From positions 7,728 through 71,727 of the forward strand of contig DYNE01000002.1 of the NCBI GenBank assembly GCA_020721225.1: a DNA stretch of 64,000 nt, in the 5' to 3' direction. Shown in pieces: positions 60,161 to 64,000 of the stretch. Positions within the stretch are counted from its first letter, which is position 1, and the number at the start of each line of letters is the position of its first letter. Origin of the DNA: Pelodictyon luteolum. Its GTDB lineage: Bacteria; Bacteroidota; Chlorobiia; Chlorobiales; Chlorobiaceae. The translations under genes and the position numbers were made by a program. The notes under the pieces are model-generated. The model was not told the DNA's origin. It saw only the letters and a program-made list of their open reading frames with translations, and searched no databases.

Positions 60161-63100
60161 GACTTTTTGGCCTCCTGAACCGTTTTTTCCGACTTCTTTT
60201 CCGTGATATAATAGACCAGAGGAACGACCACAAGGGTCAGTACTGTCGAGAGAATTCCGCCCCAGATCATCGATATGGCCAGACCCTGAAAAATAGGATC
60301 GAAAAGCATGATTACCGAACCGATAACAACCGCACCGGAAGTCAGAATGATCGGACGGGTCCTCACTGCGGCAGATTCAATAATCGCCTGTTTAAGCTCC
60401 GCACCCTCCTGGCGCCGTATCTGAATGAAATCTATCAGCAGCACCGAGTTTCTGACCATGATTCCGGCCAGAGCGATCATGCCGATCATGCTGGTCGCCG
60501 TAAAAAATGCCCCGTGAATGAAGTGACCGGGAATTATGCCGACAAGACTCAGCGGAATGGCGATCATCATGATGAGCGGCGTCTTGAACGACTGGAACCA
60601 GCCGACAATCAGCAGATAGATGATGACGAGCACAACAGCGAAAGCCGTTCCGAGATCCCTGAATACCTCGAAGGTGATCTGCCACTCTCCATCCCACTTC
60701 ATGGCAAGCTTATCCTCGACAGCGGGATTCGAGGTATAGAGCGGATTGATGCGGTAACCGCCGGGAACCTTGATCTGCTGGATTTTCTTATCCATATCGA
60801 GCATGGCATAAACCGGACTTTCCGTCGCTCCGGCGACATCCGCAGTAACATAGAGCACCCTGCGAAGATCCTTGCGGTAAATGCTCTTGTCCTGGATTTT
60901 TTCTTCGACCCTGACAAGCTCCGAGAGAGGAATCATCTCGCCGGCACGAAGTCTGGTGGTCAGAGAACCCATTCCCTGTGACTGGACAAAGATGCCGGAA
61001 AGATCCCTGAGCGAGGTACGGTCTGACTGAGGCAGCCGAACCTGTATCATAACCGGCTCCTTTACATTATCCGCATGCAGCACACCGACATCCATGCCGC
61101 TGAGCGACATGCGGAGCGTCTGGGCGATCTGCTCGGTGGATACGCCGCGGAATGCAGCCCGCTCCTTGTTCACCACCAGATTGTAAACCTTCTGGTCGTC
61201 CTCCAGAAGCCAGTCTACATCGACCACGCCCGGAGTCTCGGCAAACACTCGCTTCACCTCTTTTGCCAGTGCAATCTGCTCCTTCTGTGAAGGTCCGTAG
61301 ATTTCGGCTACAATGGTCGAGAGCACCGGAGGCCCTGGAGGAATTTCGACGATTTTCGCATTTCCCCTGTACTTCAGGGCAATCTGCTGAACGCCGGAGC
61401 GAACCCTTTTGGCTATATCGTGACTCTGGTCTTTTCGTTCTCCCTTATGGACAAGATTAACCTGAATATCGCCCATGTTAGCGGCCTGACGCAGATAATA
61501 ATGGCGTACAAGTCCATTGAAATTGATCGGGGCGCTGGTACCGACATAGTACTGGTAACTGCTGACCTCCGGGACCGTTTTCAGATAAGCGGCGATCTCC
61601 TTGGTGACCCTTGCCGTCTGTTCAAGAGCTGTACCTTCAGGCATATCGACAATAACCTGAAATTCGTTCTTGTTGTCGAACGGCAGCATCTTCATCTGCA
61701 CGGCTTTGAGCGGAATCAGAATGATCGCCCCGGCAAGCAGAAGCCCGACTCCGGCAAATGCGATCAGGCGCATAAAGCTGTTGTCGAGCAGCGGGGAGAG
61801 AATATTTTCAAACAGCCTGTAGTAACCGGTCTTCGTGATATCATACTCCGCGTGCCCTCCGTCCTCTACCTTCAGCAACCTGTAGGAGAGCCAAGGCGTT
61901 ACGATCAGAGCTATCAGAAGCGAAAAGATCATAGCCAGCGAAGCGCCGATCGGCATAGGGCTCATATAGGGACCCATCAGGCCGGAAACGAACACCATTG
62001 GAAGAACGGCAGCAATAACCGTAAAGGTTGCAAGAATGGTGGGGTTGCCGACCTCGCTGACCGCCGTAATGGCTGCCTGAAGCTTTGGCTGCCGTTTCAT
62101 GGCAAAATGGCGATGGATGTTCTCGGCGATGATGATCGAATCGTCAACAACAATACCGGTCACAAAAATCAGCGCGAAAAGCGTGACCCGGTTCAGGGAG
62201 TAATCCAGCAGGTAATAGACAAGAAGGGTCAGGGCGAAGGTGATCGGCACGGAAACAAAATTCACCAGCGCGCCTCTCCAGCCAAGAAAAATGCCGACGA
62301 CGATCGTCACGGCGACTATGGCGATAATGAGGTGTTCGAGCAGCGTGAACACTTTTTCCGTTGCGGTCTCACCATAGTTTCTGGTTTCCGTAACGGTAAT
62401 GGAGGACGGGATCACCGATCCCTTGAGCTGATCGACCTTGGCAACGACCTTTTCGGCAAGCACCGAGGCATCGGCGCCCTTGCGTTTCGCCACCGTCAGG
62501 GTTACTGCCGGATATTCGCCGCGGTCTTTCGACTCCGAAGCCGATCCCCAGCCGAAAAAGTTGAAGTTGCTGACCTCTTCGGGCCCGTCGACAATGCTGG
62601 CGACATTGCTCAGGTAGACCGGCGATGCCCCGTAAATACCTACAACGATATTCCCGACATCCGAAGCGCTTTCAAGAAAGCTTCCCGAGCGAACGAGAAT
62701 TTCGCCGTTCTGCTGCTTGAAATCACCGGAAGGCATCTGACTGTTGGCCATCTGCACCTGGCGGGCGATCTGCAGGGCACTCACATTGTACTGCAGAAGT
62801 TTCTGTTTATCGAGCAGAATGCGTACCTGACGCTTTAGCCCTCCCTTGATCTCGACATCCCCGATATTCTCGGTCTTTTTAAGTTCATCAGCCACATCCA
62901 TAGCGGTTTTTCTGAGCTGATAGGGGTCCTTGCTCTTGCTCCACATGGTCAGGTTCAGAACCGGAACATCGTCGATTGCCACTTTTTTCATAAGCGGCAT
63001 CTGTACTCCCTGCGGCATCTTGTCCATGTTTTTCATGAGCGTAGCCCAGAGCTTCACCATGCTCTCCTCGGTATCCTCGCCCACATCATAGCGTACCGTG

Positions 63101-63387
63101 ACCAGCGCAAAATCGGGCATGGATGTTGAATACACGTAGTCAACGCCGGGTATTTCCGTCAGCGAACGCTCGAAAGGTTTGGCCACGCGCTCCTCGACCT
63201 CGGATGGGGCCGCGCCGGGATAGGGAATGTAGATATCCACCATCGGAACGACAATCTGCGGCTCCTCCTCCCTCGGGGTCATAAACGTTGCGATGATACC
63301 CACAAGAAGCGAAGCCACCATCAGGAGCGGTGTGATCTTCGAATTGATAAACTGTTTGGCAAGCCTGCCTGCAATACCTTCATTCAT
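60157..63387 (-). CDS. RND efflux permease (AcrB/AcrD/AcrF family)
   Basis: PREEEPQI, GIVVDDSIIIAEN, GIMVRNSVLLIDF, RTRPIILT; two TM clusters; 1076 aa. Confidence 0.95.
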   Translation of the reverse strand: MNEGIAGRLAKQFINSKITPLLMVASLLVGIIATFMTPREEEPQIVVPMVDIYIPYPGAAPSEVEERVAKPFERSLTEIPGVDYVYSTSMPDFALVTVRYDVGEDTEESMVKLWATLMKNMDKMPQGVQMPLMKKVAIDDVPVLNLTMWSKSKDPYQLRKTAMDVADELKKTENIGDVEIKGGLKRQVRILLDKQKLLQYNVSALQIARQVQMANSQMPSGDFKQQNGEILVRSGSFLESASDVGNIVVGIYGASPVYLSNVASIVDGPEEVSNFNFFGWGSASESKDRGEYPAVTLTVAKRKGADASVLAEKVVAKVDQLKGSVIPSSITVTETRNYGETATEKVFTLLEHLIIAIVAVTIVVGIFLGWRGALVNFVSVPITFALTLLVYYLLDYSLNRVTLFALIFVTGIVVDDSIIIAENIHRHFAMKRQPKLQAAITAVSEVGNPTILATFTVIAAVLPMVFVSGLMGPYMSPMPIGASLAMIFSLLIALIVTPWLSYRLLKVEDGGHAEYDITKTGYYRLFENILSPLLDNSFMRLIAFAGVGLLLAGAIILIPLKAVQMKMLPFDNKNEFQVIVDMPEGTALEQTARVTKEIAAYLKTVPEVSSYQYYVGTSAPINFNGLVRHYYLRQAANMGDIQVNLVHKGERKDQSHDIAKRVRSGVQQIALKYRGNAKIVEIPPGPPVLSTIVAEIYGPSQKEQIALAKEVKRVFAETPGVVDVDWLLEDDQKVYNLVVNKERAAFRGVSTEQIAQTLRMSLSGMDVGVLHADNVKEPVMIQVRLPQSDRTSLRDLSGIFVQSQGMGSLTTRLRAGEMIPLSELVRVEEKIQDKSIYRKDLRRVLYVTADVAGATESPVYAMLDMDKKIQQIKVPGGYRINPLYTSNPAVEDKLAMKWDGEWQITFEVFRDLGTAFAVVLVIIYLLIVGWFQSFKTPLIMMIAIPLSLVGIIPGHFIHGAFFTATSMIGMIALAGIMVRNSVLLIDFIQIRRQEGAELKQAIIESAAVRTRPIILTSGAVVIGSVIMLFDPIFQGLAISMIWGGILSTVLTLVVVPLVYYITEKKSEKTVQEAKKS

Positions 63388-63811
63388 TGGACTGAACCTC
63401 CTTTGTTTCTAAAACCTGCGGCACTGAAGCCTGTTGTTTTACCTGTACCCCTTCTTCAAGCCGCTTCTCGTAGCTGCCGACAACCTTTTCGCCTGCATCA
63501 AGACCCCCGAGGATGACCAGAAAACCGTTTTCCGGGCGGCCTGTACGAACCCAGCGAACAGAAACCCGCCCCTCTTTATCCACAACATGAACACCGGAAA
63601 GCTGACCATCCTGAAAAACCGCTCCGGCGGGCACCAGCAGAGCCTCTGTCCCGGCTGCATCGTTACGCCTCTCTACTGAAACGATGCTCTTTACGAAAAC
63701 CGGAGTTTCCGTCTGCCCGCTTCCGGCAGGCTTCGGCTCCTCTTTACCGCACCCGCTTATTACTCCAAGGGTTACGGCAAGAAAAGACAACACGATGATC
63801 CTTTTGCCCAT
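63380..63811 (-). CDS. Short lipoprotein resembling the C-terminal domain of RND periplasmic adaptors
   Basis: Lipobox ISGC; LLVPAGAV...G...V.VV....V..R.V.TG......ILGGL..GE.VV; only 143 aa. Confidence 0.75.
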   Translation of the reverse strand: MGKRIIVLSFLAVTLGVISGCGKEEPKPAGSGQTETPVFVKSIVSVERRNDAAGTEALLVPAGAVFQDGQLSGVHVVDKEGRVSVRWVRTGRPENGFLVILGGLDAGEKVVGSYEKRLEEGVQVKQQASVPQVLETKEVQSNE

Positions 63812-63847
63812 AATGCTCTATTCCTTTTCAGATCTATTTTTTACCTG

Positions 63848-64000
63848 TTACTTCCCCGAGTAGTAATCAAGCTCGCTCTTTGCGACGCAATAATCATGAC
63901 GAGCCTGATTGAGACGCAGCTTCGCATAGGTGAACGCGCCCTCCCTCATCAGCAGCTCGAAGGTCATGGCCATGCCGGTTTTAAACTGGGTGCCGATATA
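63848..64000 (-). CDS. C-terminus of a probable TolC-family outer membrane protein (partial)
   Basis: Manual translation YIGTQFKTGMAMTFELLMREGAFTYAKLRLNQARHDYCVAKSELDYYSGK*, matching the OEP F..G.....ELL...A......A..DY...L...G pattern. Confidence 0.7.
   Translation of the reverse strand, partial: YIGTQFKTGMAMTFELLMREGAFTYAKLRLNQARHDYCVAKSELDYYSGK

Noticed and set aside
1-64000. CRISPR arrays, IS elements, integrases, rRNA, long tandem repeats
   Set aside because: None were seen by eye; short or degenerate repeats could be missed without computation.

Overview
Chromosomal window from a green sulfur bacterium (Chlorobium-type). The assignment is inferred from gene content: tandem cytochrome c-556/c-555-like genes, a PscF/Ric1-like peptide, a CCG-anchored fumarate reductase and a split atp operon. 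Most of the window is housekeeping: obgE, xseB, gatB, tsaD, yajC, carA, proC, Moco genes, Zn ABC transporter plus Fur-family regulator, leuA, mutL, cinA, thrA/B/C, atpA/G, ribH, gmhA, hemE and tRNA-Arg(CCT). It also carries a dispersed MoxR/VWA (Bat) system. I found no transposase, integrase, CRISPR array or rRNA. The most notable items are not in, or not explained by, the ORF track: (1) an ArsR - 54-aa Cys/His-rich mini-protein - ABC-2 exporter module whose permease appears to start at CTG; (2) a 56-aa Pmp3/Ric1 peptide resembling reaction-centre subunit PscF; (3) a leucine attenuator (Leu-Leu-Leu leader peptide plus terminator) upstream of leuA; (4) a 33-bp palindrome at the start of the zur-znu operon; (5) a half-length ClpB with no NBD2; (6) a TolC - mini-adaptor - RND - PII-like - metallo-beta-lactamase cluster next to a CBS protein and the fumarate reductase operon. 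All family assignments come from motif recognition by eye, not from database searches.
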